NCBI RefSeq assembly: GCF_963921235.1
Contig: NC_086097.1
Coordinates: forward strand, 85,252,001-85,316,000
Source of the DNA: Mobula hypostoma
Taxonomy: Eukaryota
DNA: 64,000 nucleotides
Reading direction: 5' to 3'
The number at the start of each line of letters is the position of its first letter. Positions within the stretch are counted from its first letter, which is position 1. Below, piece after piece: positions 11,831 to 25,530 of the stretch. The notes below the pieces were generated by a model. The model saw only the letters and a program-made list of their open reading frames with translations, was not told the origin of the DNA and did not search any database. A program made the translations under genes and the position numbers.

Positions 11831-13864
11831 TCGATAAAAGTTGGTTAGGCTTTGTACTTTCCCAGGAAGATAAACACAGTGAGGAACAGGATGAGAGATT
11901 ACTAGATGAATGGAGATTCTGTGTCCTCTATCCTTCCATCAACGAGAATATTTCTTCTCTGTACTCTGTTGAGACCCCTCATTACTCTGAATGCTTCGGC
12001 TCTGTTTTTTTAAGCCTTTGACATGTAAGGAGAGCTTTTCTAGTGTCTCAAGCCTTCCAGTAACATTTTATTACATTTCAGTAGGCCTTTTCTGCACCTT
12101 CAGCAAGGATTGTGCACCCTCTGGTGCTTGGAGTGCAAGAATGGGATGCAATATTCTAACTGGCTGAGTTGGCCTTCTATAGAGCATTGTTATAAGCGCT
12201 CTACTTTGGTAATCCACATGTCTGTTTTTGAAGCTAGGTATATGTCCATCCATGTACACGTTTGAGAATTTGTACTTGCATTGTTTCTCCTTATACTTCC
12301 TACCAAATTACACCACTTGGTACTTTTTTTTATGAAATGTCATCTGCCACAGGTCCATCCTCTTTACTAGACTTTCTGCAGCCCCCTGAACTCATGTCAC
12401 TTTCCTCCTGACCATTCACAACTTTTGCTGTCTGCTATGATCCTTTTACACACACATCCTATGTTTAAGGTATTATACATAAGAGTCAGTACTAGCAGAA
12501 GTACCTTGACCTACATCAGTCACCCTTCTGAGATTATTGAGATTGCTTTGACCGTGTGACTGTGAATCGTAGCGGTGGGAGATGCTTCATTGATTCTCTT
12601 CACTATGTGCAAGTGGTCTGGATCACTGCACCATCAGAGACCGTGGAACCATGGATGCACCTCCATGGAGGCTCCCATCTCCATCTCATTTCATCAGGCT
12701 ATCCTACTGGTTCTTCATTCTCCACCAGAGGAAAGTACACCTTCCTGTCTGTGCTAACAAGCTTAGTAATCATTGTAAATGCCCCAGTGACTGCTGGGGA
12801 GCGCAGGCCTAATATTTGCTGTTGACACTGAGTGAGATGGGGAAATCATGGCGATATATTGTCAGCCAGGCCTAAAATTTTGCTTCTGAGGACAAGCTAA
12901 CTACAGTCAAGTAGTGGGATTTTTACATTTCAACAATGTGGTTGAGATGGCAGTGTGCTTGGCTCAGAGTTACGGGTTCAGGACTCACTGAAGCACTTTG
13001 AACATAACTCAGGCTTCTTCCCACATGAGTCTGCTATTCAATCGGTTATTCAACATCCCACAAAAGAGCAGGAAATGCTGCTACCTTAGCCAATCCTCCT
13101 CTCTTCACCAGTAACAACAGAGGCCAATCAGCAGCACGTCTTCCACCGGGGGCAAGGCTGAGGCATTGCCTGACTGGCAGAGGACTGCACACTCAACCCA
13201 CCATCTTCTGGCCAGCACAGCATCTAGAACCCAGCTGACAGAGGGGAAATTATTTATGGTGGGTTTATTCCGATCACAGAGAGCAATGGCGACATCAGTA
13301 GCTCAGGTCCCTTCCTTAGAGCACTACGTAAGATTTAGAAGCAGGGGTATGCCATTTAGCCCTTCGTAGCTGCCTTATGACAGATAAGGAAACATCTTGG
13401 GGGGTTTTGGAGTGAATGTGGGTTTCTGAAGTGAAGTGCTGGTATCAGCAGAGCTCAAGCTGCCTGTTTTTATCCGTCATGTTGTTGCATCAGAAAGGGA
13501 AAGAGTTAGACTGATATACTGAGCTGTGAAGCTTGTATGTCACTTCAAGTACATTCTCAAAATGATGGTGGGCAGTCGATACTGGGTCCAGAAAGGGGGA
13601 GGACAACATGAGTCCTCAGTTGACTCAACCTTTAAAGCCTTTCTCTTCCAGTCAAACAAGCTTTACTCCTTACACATTATTGGCCTGGAAATTCTAACCT
13701 TCCTGGAAAGCCTTGCATGGCTGACCACTAAATGTTTCACAAAGAGCCCAGTGCTGCGAAATTCTGTTATGTACCAAGCTCAGTAATTCCAGTCCCTCTC
13801 ACTATTATAATCTAAGCAGAGGGAGGCAGGGAGTTTGTGGTCTGTGTTACAGAAGAAGGATGAG

Positions 13865-14425
13865 GGGCGGTGGGTAAAGACATCAAAGCAGTGGCTTGGA
13901 AGTGTGGAATTCCCTCCCCACCATTGAGCATGTCTACACGAAGTGTTGTCGCAGCAAAGTACCATCCGTTATCAGGGACATGCTCCCTTCTCGCTGCCGC
14001 CATCAGGAGGGAGATACAAGAGCCGAAAGACTCACAGCATCATGTTCAGGAACAGTTATTACTCCTCAACCATCAGGCTTTTGAACCCAAGGGGAAATCT
14101 TCACTCAACTTCACTTGCCTCATCACTGAAATGTTCCCACAACCTATGAACTCACTGTCAAGGACTTTTCATCTCATGTTCTCGATATTCATTGTTTATT
14201 GATTTATTATTATTTCTTTCTTTTTGAATTTGCACACTTTGTTGTCTTTTGCACACTGGTTGAATGCCTCTGTTGGTGCGGTTTTTCACTGATTTTCGTA
14301 TGGTCACTGTTCTATTATGGATTTATTGGGTTTGCCCGCAAAAAATGAAACTCGGGGTTGTATGTGGTGACACGATAATACTTTAATAATGATTTACTTT
14401 GAACTTTGAACTTTGCACTTTGAAT
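13865..14425 (+). mobile_element. Rex1/Babar-like LINE 3' end
   Basis: Peptide remnants LPTIEHVYTKCCR and GHAPFSLPPSGGRYKS...FRNSYY..TIRLLN; tail (tttgaac)n. Confidence 0.75.
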
Positions 14426-14653
14426 TAGAATTAGGTTGGGAATGTTCAGAGTTGGGGGGAGATTACTGGCCACTGTAAATTACCACTTTTGTATAGATGA
14501 GTGATGGAACCTAGGATGGTGTGGGGTGGGGGTGGTTGATGATGGGAATGTGGGGAGAATAAAATGGGATAAGAGTAGGATTAGTGTAAGTGGCTGCGGA
14601 ATCAATGGGCCAAAAGGCCTGCATTCTGCAAATGCTGGGGTGAAAGCAACAGA

Positions 14654-14787
14654 AAAAAACACAACATGCTGGAGGAACTCAGCAGGTCAGGCAGCATCCG
14701 TGGAACATGGAGAAACACAACACGCTGGAGGATGCTGCCACAGATGCTGCCCGGCCTGCTGAGTTCCTCCAGCGTGTTGTGTTTTTT
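14654..14787. repeat. Inverted repeat with 50-bp arms built from the PLE terminal sequence
   Basis: Arm 14654-14703 and arm 14738-14787 are near-perfect reverse complements. Confidence 0.85.
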
Positions 14788-16199
14788 CGTGTTGTTTTGG
14801 CCTGCATCTGTACTGCAGGACTCTGTAGATTCACGTTAGTGAGGATGATCCAGCCTTTGGACTGGCATCAGTTCTGAGAAGCTCTATAAAGTCAGAAAGA
14901 TCAAACTGAGACCTGGATAAATCTGAGGAAGAAGTTTCAGGGTTTAGGTACAGAGATTGCTGGAAAGGGATTCAGATTCCAATTAATTTCAGGGAATAAG
15001 TTGCCAGTGTCATGTGCCTGGAAAGGGGTGGGAATTGGGGAGGGAATCACAAGTGGGTGGGGTTCTCAACCTGCCTGAGCAGGTTCTCTTGGAGCATGTC
15101 CAAAGTCTTATATGTGTTTTGGAGGCGTGTTGTCCATGAGTGGGAATGAAAACACAGATGTGGTGACCACATGGGCTCAAACATAATGAATGTTGTAAGC
15201 CCGATCTCAGAGCGTTTCTATATTCGCCTTTTTCCACATAGCATCAGATATCAGTTTTACTATCAAGCCAATATATTAAAAGGATTACAAAGGTGACGTT
15301 AGAGAATTTTTGACAATTGGTGTTACATCCTTTTATAATTGCTTTAGGAACAGAGTAGATCACCAGCTAATCCATTATCAGAGCAGATTGTCATCTGCAT
15401 CCGTTGCACTTTTTGATAACGTGCTCTGTTTATTGGCCCTGAAGCTCAGTGCAGTGTCAAGGCTCTGCAGCACTTGTGTTTCCTCTGGTGGCTCCAGCTG
15501 ATGCAGTTAGTAAATAGCTGGCAAACTTGTGCGAGGGCAATGAGGCACGACACAGGCAGTGATTTCAGCTCTCAAGTACGCCGAAGTGAGAAGAAAATAA
15601 ACTGCATACCACTAATTACTTGCAAGGTTGCTACAGATGAAGTGAATGATAAACACAAGAGATTCTGCAGATGCTGGAAATCCAGAGTAACACACACAGA
15701 ATGTCAGAGGAACTCGGCAGGATAGGCAGCATCTATGGGGAGGAATATGCAATTAGCATTTTGGGCCATGCCCTGGTGACTTTCTGTGTGTTACAGATGG
15801 AGAAGACCACATTTGGCATCATAATCCACCCATCCAATCGGCACATGAAATCTCCATTTTACAATCCTGCCAATGGTTTCACCCCTGCCTATCCTCTAAA
15901 TTCCTCTCGTCTTAAAAACTTCCAAGTTATTTTCACACCTCTAGCTCAGGACATTTGATAATCCCTGAATTCAATCACTCCACCTTTGGAGGGATGTGCC
16001 TTTAGCTCTCAAGTACCTAAACTCCAAAACTTCTTCCCCAGATTCATGCAGGTCTCTGTTTCAACTTTCATAGAGCTGCTCAGAATGGATGTCAGTCCAA
16101 GACTTGGATCATCTCACTAATGTGACTGCACAGAGCCACGCAGTACTGATGCAGGCCTTTTGGTCATTTGAATTTGCACCCATTTCACTATCCTCTCTT

Positions 16200-16470
16200 A
16201 TCCAATTTTATTCTCCCCACATTCCCATCAGTAACCTCCCCCGCCCCCCACATCCCAGACTCTACCACTCACCTACACTAAGGGATCAATTTACTGTGAC
16301 CGATTAACCTCCTAATCTCACGTCTCTGAGATGTGAGAAGAAGTCTGAGCACCCAGATAAACTTACACCCTCACAAGGAGAACGTGCAAACTCCACAAAG
16401 GCAGCACTATGGGTCCTGATGGAACTCAGATCACTGGAACTGTGAAACAGCAGCTCTACACGCTGTGCCT
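16200..16470 (-). mobile_element. V-SINE, degraded
   Basis: ggagaacgtgcaaactccaca is the reverse complement of the V-domain. Confidence 0.65.
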
Positions 16471-19400
16471 TGATGCAACCCACGTCCAATGTCGGTTTAT
16501 ATCCAGTCACATTACTCTTTCAGCTTCCCATGAAGTTGCCTCTGTAGATTCGCCTCTCTTTCCTGTGAGCTAAGCATTAGTCCGAACTTGATCTTTCAAG
16601 CATTCCACCACTTGTCTCCTCTCACATCCACGATATCCTCGAGGATGTCCAATCAGGATGTTCTGTAGGTGAAAATATATGTCCCTACTGGCTCCAAAAT
16701 AAACTATTTTATCGAACAGTGCCACAGCATAGCCAAAATATCTAGTGCTCATTCCTGCTAGGGTAATTCCCTGGGAATGCTAAACCTGTTCTTTTGGCCC
16801 TTTGTTTCCCCTCCCCTGAGTGCTTAAGTATATACAGGAAGAGGACTCCAGAAGGTGGTTCTGCAGTCACTGATATCTGATGCACACACTGGCCCAGGGC
16901 CCAACAAACTGTAGCTTGTGCGCACAGCCAGGCGCAAGGTGCAGGCCTAAGGTAAAGGCCTGAGCCTACATCTGAGTCTAGATAAGCAGATGAAGGCCCA
17001 GATTTTGCTATGGATACATAAACCCACGTTTGGTACAGAGTCATAGAATGATACAGCATGGAAACAAGTCATTTGGCCTATCATGTCCACACCAGCCAGT
17101 GGGCACCCACCCAAATTAATCCCACCTCTCAGGTGTTGGCTTGTAACACTCTAAGCCCAGGAGGTTCAAGAACAAGCTGTCACTGGCTGTGCTCCCACCA
17201 CCCTTCCAGGCAGTGTATTCCAGGTATTCTGGGTGAAGAATATAGTGTGCTGTATGTATGCACGAGTCTGCATTTAGGCATGTTTCTGCAAGTCCAAGCA
17301 CATCCATCATCTCTGATGAAATGTCAATGACCAGAAACCTTAATTCTGTTTCCCTTTCCCCAGGTGCTGTCTGACCTGCCGAATCTCTCCTGCCTTTTCT
17401 ATTTTATATTAGATTTCCAGAATATACATTTTAAATTTATTTTTAGAAAAGCACTATGAACTTTACATAATCTTTTTGATATGTGGGAAAAAATACAGCT
17501 GGAGAAAATAAGAGTTTAAATAAAAACACAAAAACTATTTTCTTTCCTCTCTGGATCGGTCTTTTTAGACTGATACCAATGCTTCTGTGAGCAGTTTAAA
17601 TATAGATTATTTCCAGAATGTGGGACATGTTAGGCAGACAATTGTGTATTAGGAAGCTGTGGTTTTAAAAGCTTTACGTTGTCAGGAATTACTGGCTTGT
17701 CAGTTCGTTATCTTTATCAAGCAATAGCATGTGATGACACGGGTGCTGAAATTGTCAAAGATAGCAATATATTCTTTAAAGGGATTATTTGTGTGATTGC
17801 TTTAAAGGTCATCGGCTGAAGTCTTTTCACTATACTGGCAGTTGTCTTCATTTTGTGAATGCTCTTCTCAGAAATGTCCACAATTGAGCAGCTCATCAAG
17901 CTTTCGTACACTCGAACTTTTAAGTAGCTGTATGAGTGGGGATTTTTCGCAACTAAGAATCTGGATTCTCCAAGACTTTGAGGGAGTTTAATTTGTTCAC
18001 ACCCCATTGCTTTAAGAGGTGGTGACAGGGAGTTGTGGTGGCGAGACCTCTCTTTACAAGCATGATAACTCAGCAATGTTTCACATTTTCCAACAATAAT
18101 CACAACCCCCATTGATTACAACAAACAGGCCATGTTCTATTTATTAGTGTACAGTTTTCCAATGAAACGCAGATACAAATGAAACTAGTTTGTCCGCCTT
18201 TGTAGATTTTATTCTTTCTATTGTTTTTCCTTGTTCTATTGTGAGTACCTGCAAGAAAATAAATCTCAAAGTAGTATATATGGTGGCACGCACATACGTC
18301 GATAATAAATTTACCTTCCGCTTTGAACTTCAAAGCTATTGACAATGAGGCTCAGGCTGTAGTGACATGGACTGGCCAGCGTTCCACAGGTGTGACCACC
18401 GCTTTGTAAGTATCAAGGTGAAGCATGCAAGCACCCTTTGCCCCAGTTCCAGCCCAAACCTCTCCATGTTCCTGATCTCCTGGTGTTCCCAGCTCCAGTT
18501 GCACGCATGACCCATACTCCGCCCCAGATTCTACAACATACCCCATCTAAATTCCTGAGCCCTGATTTTTCCAATCATAACTATAATTCCAGCTACATGC
18601 CAATTATTGATACTTTGCCAGCACAGGATGTCCAATGCAATCCATCTCATGGTAAAAAGGATTCACAGGACACCATGTGAGAGGGGCTCCTTTAACAGCA
18701 TTCCCAGTAATATGAGCTGACCTCACAAGTCCACGGTCAGTCAGTGGACAACAAGGGCTCAGCATAGTTAGTTTGGTGAGAGCTTAATTGTTGTTAACTC
18801 AGAATTGAGTTTAGATTTTGACCTGTCGAAAGGAAATAAAATATGGGGTGAGACAAAATGTGACTGCAAGGTTCACTGTCAGTTCGATGTAAATTCAGCA
18901 GTACAGGCCCAACGTGGTCCTACCATAAAGATACAAAAGGAAAGTTTTGTTTCTTAATTGGAAATTGATTTCACCCTAACCTAATGATGTGCAATTAAAT
19001 CAGTTTGATTTTTTTTTGCTCAAGCGTGACAGCATTTAATTAAGCTGCTATCAGTGGGACAGGTAGAAACATACAAATATGTTCAGGTCACTCATTGCTG
19101 AAAACCAATTTTCTAATGCTTGAAAAATATTTCAAAAGTTCATAGGCCACTTAGGGTATTTATAGCATTACCCAGCAAGCAGATTGAGTCAGAGTATATT
19201 ATCAGTAACATATCTATATTAATTTGTGTGAAATTCCTCTTCTTTGACTTAAATACAGCTGGAAACCCATTTTAAAATCAGTGGGCATTGTAAACGACTC
19301 CAGTCTGATATCAGACTCACAATATTTCATTTACAAGCAACAGGGCTAACAGTTTTGATTTTAACTTGTTAATCTGGCTACAACCTAAAGGGGAACATGT

Positions 19401-19768
19401 CTACTGTGCATCGGCCATGAGAGGTGTGCAGTCAGAGTAGCTGATAAACATTCATGCCAATGACTGATGTTGCCTCAGTGGATTTTAAAATTCAGCTGTT
19501 TCAACTCTTACTGTTTCCAAAGGAGAACAATGAATACTAACTTACCAAGATCAGGCAGATGCAATCAATATCAAATTTACTCCACAGGAGTCCAGTTGGA
19601 ACGTTCAGACAACATGAAAGATGTCTCCTGAATGCTTTCAAGTGACAAGACTGACTTAATTTGTTCCCCACCAGAGACTGTATCACTCACTGGAAAGTAG
19701 GCTGTTGTTACTCTAGAGCTTTGACGCAGGGAAGTTTGTGTTGAATCGTTTGGTTTTTATTAAAGATG

Positions 19769-20122
19769 TCTAGCGGGTGGTGGGGCAGATATACGTCTCT
19801 ACCAAAGGAGGTGTAAGGTTCTCCTTGCCTCTGCTAGCCGGCAGGCCACCCTTGGGCAGGTTGTACGACCTGCTTAGCGCACTCCCCCGATCAGGGTCAC
19901 CTGAAGCTATCGGAGCAGGTGGTGGATGGTTGCAGGAGCAGCTGCTGCACATCGCAAGTCCTGGTTGTACAACTGCTGATGCCAGGCTGAAGAGTATTGA
20001 TAATGGCTGGGGTCAGAAAAAGGCAATGGCAAACCACTTCTGTAGAAAAATTTGCCAAGAGCAATCATGGTCACAGAGGCCATGATTGCCTACGTCATAC
20101 AATACTGCACATAATGATGATG
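19769..20122 (+). mobile_element. RTE-related short non-autonomous retroposon
   Basis: 3' part aaggcaatggcaaaccacttc resembles the RTE/Bov-type tail motif; ends in (atg)n. A similar tail lies on the minus strand near 43445-43500. Confidence 0.5.
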
Positions 20123-20414
20123 GTGAATCCAAATGAGCACTTTGAATGGTATGATGTTGATTTTGTTGCTATCAGTGGTTAAGTTTGCCCTTCCATTCTC
20201 TCTTTTGACCCAGCAAAAAAAGTATGATTCCCTAGATGTGAGGGGCTGCAGTTAATAATTGGATTTTGAAGAATGGAGAGATTTTGTCACTCTTAGAGTA
20301 TGGAAAACAGAGAGATAGCATTTGCAGGTGCCTGCTGACAATATTGATCACTAGAAACATAGAACGCTTGGGATATAGGGAGATGTAGAATTCCTGCCTC
20401 CTAGTTTCATTGAT

Positions 20415-20705
20415 CTGGCTTCAATCCTGACCTTTGGTGCTGTGTGTGTAGTGTTTGCATGTTCTCACTGTAACAGTGTGGGTTCCATTTTCTTCTCCTG
20501 TTTCAAAATCATGCAGGTAGATCAGTTAATTGGATTCTGTAAATTACACCCAAGTGGGTATGTGAGAGGTAGAATCTGTGAGGAGCTGATGGGAATGTGG
20601 GGAGAATAAAATGGGTTAGGGTAGGATTACTGCCGTGGATGTTTGATGGTCAGTACAGACTCAGTGAACGAACAGCCTGGTTTAGTGCCATATGACTCTA
20701 TGTCT
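20415..20705 (+). mobile_element. V-SINE, degraded
   Basis: V-domain-like gtgtttgcatgttctcactgt...gtgggtt and 3' gggaatgtggggagaataaaatggg shared with about 14545 and about 55010. Confidence 0.6.
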
Positions 20706-21725
20706 ATGCATAATGATTGCAAAACAATGGCCATTTGGCAGGTCAGTCCATAAACTATCTGATGAGCCGTGACTTCTGGCAGCTGACCTGGTCAGATTCC
20801 CTGAGTGGAGTCTCCATCTCAGTGCTGACATCTGTTGGTGATGGAGCTGTTCACCCTTCCCCCAACCTCATGGCCTAGAGGTCTTACTTTCAAGGTAAAA
20901 CCTCGTCAGTCTTACCAGCTGTCATTGATAATCCCCCTTTGATTTTACACTGAGCTTCATAATCCCCTCCAACCTCCCACCTAACCCTCCACCCTGCTCT
21001 ATCCTCTTTTTGAATTTTAGCCCCTCTCTATCCCCTTGTTTGTCTGCATGTCGTCTGTGCTGGTTTTGTATCATGTTATAAAGTCACAAGTTACAATACG
21101 GTTACTCTAAATAGGAAACTTCATATTTCAATAATTCCTGACCATCTGCTCTCTCTCTTCTTCATTGCATTATGCTGCTCATTTACTGAATGTGCCTGTG
21201 TTGTTCTCATTATTGAACCATGAAATGCCATATTTAAATAAATCGGTAAGTGAGACACAAGGGTTCCAGCACCCTTGGCAGGTATCGTGCCTGCTTTTAC
21301 GCTGGTCCAAAGGCAGCCAGCTGCATTTGTCGCTGATGAATTTTAGTTATTTGCACAGACTGACTTGGCTGGAATTGTTTTCCTTTGAACAAGTGAGACT
21401 GAGGGTACGTTATGTACAAAATGATGAGAGGTCCACACAGGATCTATTTCCATTAACGGTAAAGTCAGCATCAGAGAGAGCATAGACTTAAGGAAATTGA
21501 CAGAAGGAGGCTTTTGGGCATTTGTTTTCATGTGGAGAATTGTGAGTGTCTGGAACTTGCTGCCTGAAAGACAGTGAAGGCTGAAACAATTATGGAGGTA
21601 AGAACCTGAAGTACCAAAACCTGCGAGTGAAAAAGTTAGTTACTTCTGTCAGATTTCTATGATTCTGTGACTACTCCTTGGCCAGACATCATGTTGGATG
21701 TGTGTGTATTATATCTGTGTGTATG

Positions 21726-21776
<51 letters not shown>
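21726..21776. repeat. Compound microsatellite (TA)n(GA)n
   Basis: Directly visible in the sequence. Confidence 0.95.
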
Positions 21777-21778
<2 letters not shown>

Positions 21779-21864
21779 AGGTTGCTTAAGACTTTTGGTC
21801 AGTACTGTATTTCTCAATTTGAACAGAGAGCAAGTTTGTAAATCTGGCAGAAACAAAAGATGCT

Positions 21865-24800
21865 ATAAGACCATAAGACATAGGAGCAGAATTAGGCCAA
21901 TTGGCCTATCGAGTCGACTCTGCCATTCAATCATGACTGATTGTTTTTTTTCAGTCCTCGGTCCAGCTCCCTGACCTTCTCCCCATAACCTTTGATGCCA
22001 TGGCCAATCAAAAACCTATCACGCTCTGCCTTAAATACACCCAACAACCTAGCCTCCACAGCTGCCTGTGTTAAACAAAATTGTACAAATTCACCACCGT
22101 CTGGCTAAAGAAATTTCTCTGCATCTTGGTTTTAAATGGATGCCCTTCTATACTAAGGCTGTGCCCTCTTGTCCTAGACCCTCCCACCATGGGAAACAGC
22201 CTTTCCACATTTACCATGTCTAGGCCTTTCAACATTTGAAAGGCTTCAATGAGACCCTTATCATCCTTCTGAATTCCAGCGAGTACAGACCCAGAGCTAG
22301 TATAAGTTCCTCATATGATTACCCTTTCATTCTCAAAATCATCCTTGTGAACCTCCTCTGGACTTCCTCTAATACCAGCACATTTTTTCTTAGATAAGGA
22401 GCCCAAAACTGTTCACAATACTCAAGGTAAGGTCTCACGAGTGCCTTATAAAGCCTCAGCATCACATCCTTACTCTTGTATTCTAGACCTCTTGAAATGA
22501 ATGCTAACATTGCATTTGCCTTCCCCATGACTGACTCAACCTGCAAGTTAACCTTCAGGGTGTCCTGCACAAGGACTCCCAAAGTCCCTTTGCATCTCAG
22601 ATCTTCTCCCAATTAAGAAAATAGTCTGCACATTTATTTCTGCTACCAAAGTGCATGACCATGCATTTTCCAACATTGTATTTCATTTGCCACTTTCTTG
22701 CCCATTCTCCTAATCTGTCTAAGTCCTTCTGCAGTTTACCTGTTTCTTCAACACTCCCTGCCCCTCCACCAATCTTTGTAACATCCGCAAACTTGGCAAC
22801 AAAGCCATCTATTCCATCATTTAGATCCTTGACATTCAGCATAAAAAGAAGTGGTCCCAACACCGACCCCTGCGGAACACCACTAGTCACTGGCAGGCAA
22901 CCATAAAAGGATCCTTTTATTCCCACTCATTGCCTCTTACCAATCAGCTAATGCTTTAATTATGTCAATAACTTTCCTGTAATACCACAGGCTCTTAACT
23001 TGGTAAGCAGCCTCATATGTGGCACTTTGTCAAAGGCCTTCTGAAGGTCCATGTATATAACATCCACTGCATCCCCTTTATCTATCCTACTTGTAATCTC
23101 TAAGATTTCCGACAGGTTCTTCAGGCAGGACTTTCCCTGAAGGAAACCATGCTGACTTTGTCCTTTCTTGTCCTGTGTCACCAAGTACTCCATAACCTCG
23201 TCCTTAACGATTGACTCCAACATCTTCCCACCTCTGAGATCAGGCTAACTGGTCTATAATTTCCTTTCTGCTCTTTTTGAGCATCTTCTTCCTTGTAATA
23301 GTAACTGCCCTCACTTCCCTTACCCTGCACCCTTCAACATCTGGCACACTGCTAATGTCTTCCACAGTGCAAAATACTCATTTAGTTCATCTGCCATCTC
23401 TTTGTTCCCCATTATTATTTCTCTGGCCTCATTTTCTAGCAATCCTATATCCACTCTCATCTCTCCCTTAGCATTTACTATCCACTTGAATATTGTTTGC
23501 TAGCTTGCTTTCATATTTCATCATTTCCTTCCTAATGATTCTTCTTGTTGCTTGCTGTAGGTTTTTACCTTACTGCTAATTTTCGCATTGTTGTATGCCC
23601 TCTGTTTTGCTTTTTAATCAGCTTTGACTTCCCTTGTCAGCCCCAGTTGTACTATTTTGCCATTTGAGTATTTATTCATCTTTAGAATACATTTATCCTG
23701 CACCTTCCTCATTATTCCCAGAAACATATGCTATTTCTGCTCTGCTGTTATCCCTGCCAGCATCTTCTTCCAGTTTACTTTGGCCAACTCCTCTCTCATA
23801 GCACTGTAATTTCCTTTACTGCACTGAAATACTGCTACATCAGACTTTACTTTCTCCCTATCAAATTTCAAGCTGAACTCAATGATATTGTGATCACTGA
23901 TTCCTAAGGATTCTTTTACCTTAAACTCCCTAATCACCTCTGGTTCATTACATCATACCCAATCCAGTATAACTACACTCCTAGAAGGCTCAATGACAAA
24001 CTGCTCTGAAAAACCATCTCGCAGGCATTCAACAAACTCACTCTCTTGGGATTCATTGCTAACCTGAATTTTCCAATCGACCTACATGTTGAAATCTCCC
24101 ACGACTATCATAAAATTGCCCCTTTGACATGTCTTTTCTATTTCCCATTGTAATCCGTAGTCCACATCCCAGCTACTGCTGGGAGGCTTATATATAACTG
24201 CCATCAGGGTCCTTTTATCCTTGAGGTTTCTTAACTCAACCCACAAGGATTCAGCATCTTCTGATCCTGTGTCACACCTTTCTACTGATTTGATGCCATT
24301 CCTTACCAGCAGAGCCATGCCACCCCCTCTGCCTACCTTCCTATCCCTCCGATACAACCTGTAACCTGTAACCTTGGACATTCAGCTCCCAGCTACATCC
24401 ATCATTCAGCCACGATTCAGTGATGGCCACAACATTGTATCTGACAATCTGTAATAATGCAACAAGATCATCCACCTTATTTCTTATACTCCGTGCATTG
24501 AGATATAACACTTTGAGTATTGCATTTGCTACACTTTTTGATTCTGCATCCCTAATGCACTGATATTCACCCTGCTGGCTGTAATTTTGTCCTATCATCT
24601 ACCTACCCTTCCTGACAGTCTGCCTGCACACTATCTTTGCGATTTTACTGTCCATCCTATCCTGAGTCCCTTCACTCCATTTCCTACCCCCTATCAAATT
24701 AGTTTAAACCCTCCCCAACAGCTTTAACAAACCTGCCTGCAAGAATATTGGTTCCCCTTGGGTTCAGGTGCAACCAGTCACTTTTGAACAGGTCATACGT

Positions 24801-25530
24801 CCCCCAGAAGAGATCCTAATGATCTAAGAGCCTGAAGCCCTGCCCCCTGCACCAGCTTCTTAACCACACATTAATTTGCCAATTCATCCTGTTTCTACCC
24901 TCAGTAGCGCATGGCACAGGCATCAATCCAGAAATTACTACCCTGGAAGTCCTGCTTCTCAGCTTTCTACCTAGCTCTCTAAATTCTCTTTTCAGGACCT
25001 CTTTGCTTTTCCTTCCTGTGTCATTGGTACCAGTATGTATCAAGACATTGGGCTGCTCTCCCTCCCTCTCCAAAATGCTGTGGATGCGATGTTAGAGGTC
25101 CCTGACCCTGGCATCTGGGAGGCAACATACCATTCGGGTGTCCTGTTCGCGTCCACAGAATCTTCTGTCTGTTCCTCTGACGAATGAGTCCCCTATCACT
25201 ACCACTCCCCTCTTCTCCCTCTTTCCCTTCTGCACCACGGACCCATGCTCAGTGCCAGTAACCCAGTCTCCGTGGCATTCCCCAGGGAGGTCATCCCCCA
25301 CAGGGGTACCTCGCGCTAACTGTTGATTCACATTTCCATTTCTCCTGACAGTCAGCTACTCGCCTCCTGCAACTTAGAGGTGACTACTTCCCTGAAACTC
25401 TGATCGATTATCTCCTTCTTCTCCCGTACAAGCTGAAGGTCATCTAGCTGCTGCTCCAGATCCCTAACACGGTCTTCAAGGAGCTGCAGCCGGATGCACT
25501 TCACGCAGATGTACAAACTGTAGTTCCCAG
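21865..25530 (-). mobile_element. Near full-length CR1 LINE (ORF1 coiled coil and SGNH esterase; ORF2 APE and RT), inactive, with internal deletions
   Basis: ORF1: CVKCIRLQLLEDRVRDLE, VVVIGDSFVRG, IHTGTND. ORF2: LYLNARSIRNK, VAITESW, VGDFN, YMDLQKAFDKVPH, VTSGVPQGSVLGP, KFAD. 3' tail at about 21865-21885. Multiple stops and frameshifts. Confidence 0.93.

Noticed and set aside
21865..25530. CR1 ORFs as intact or domesticated genes (esterase, RT)
   Set aside because: All copies have stops, frameshifts and deletions, and none shows exon-like splice structure.
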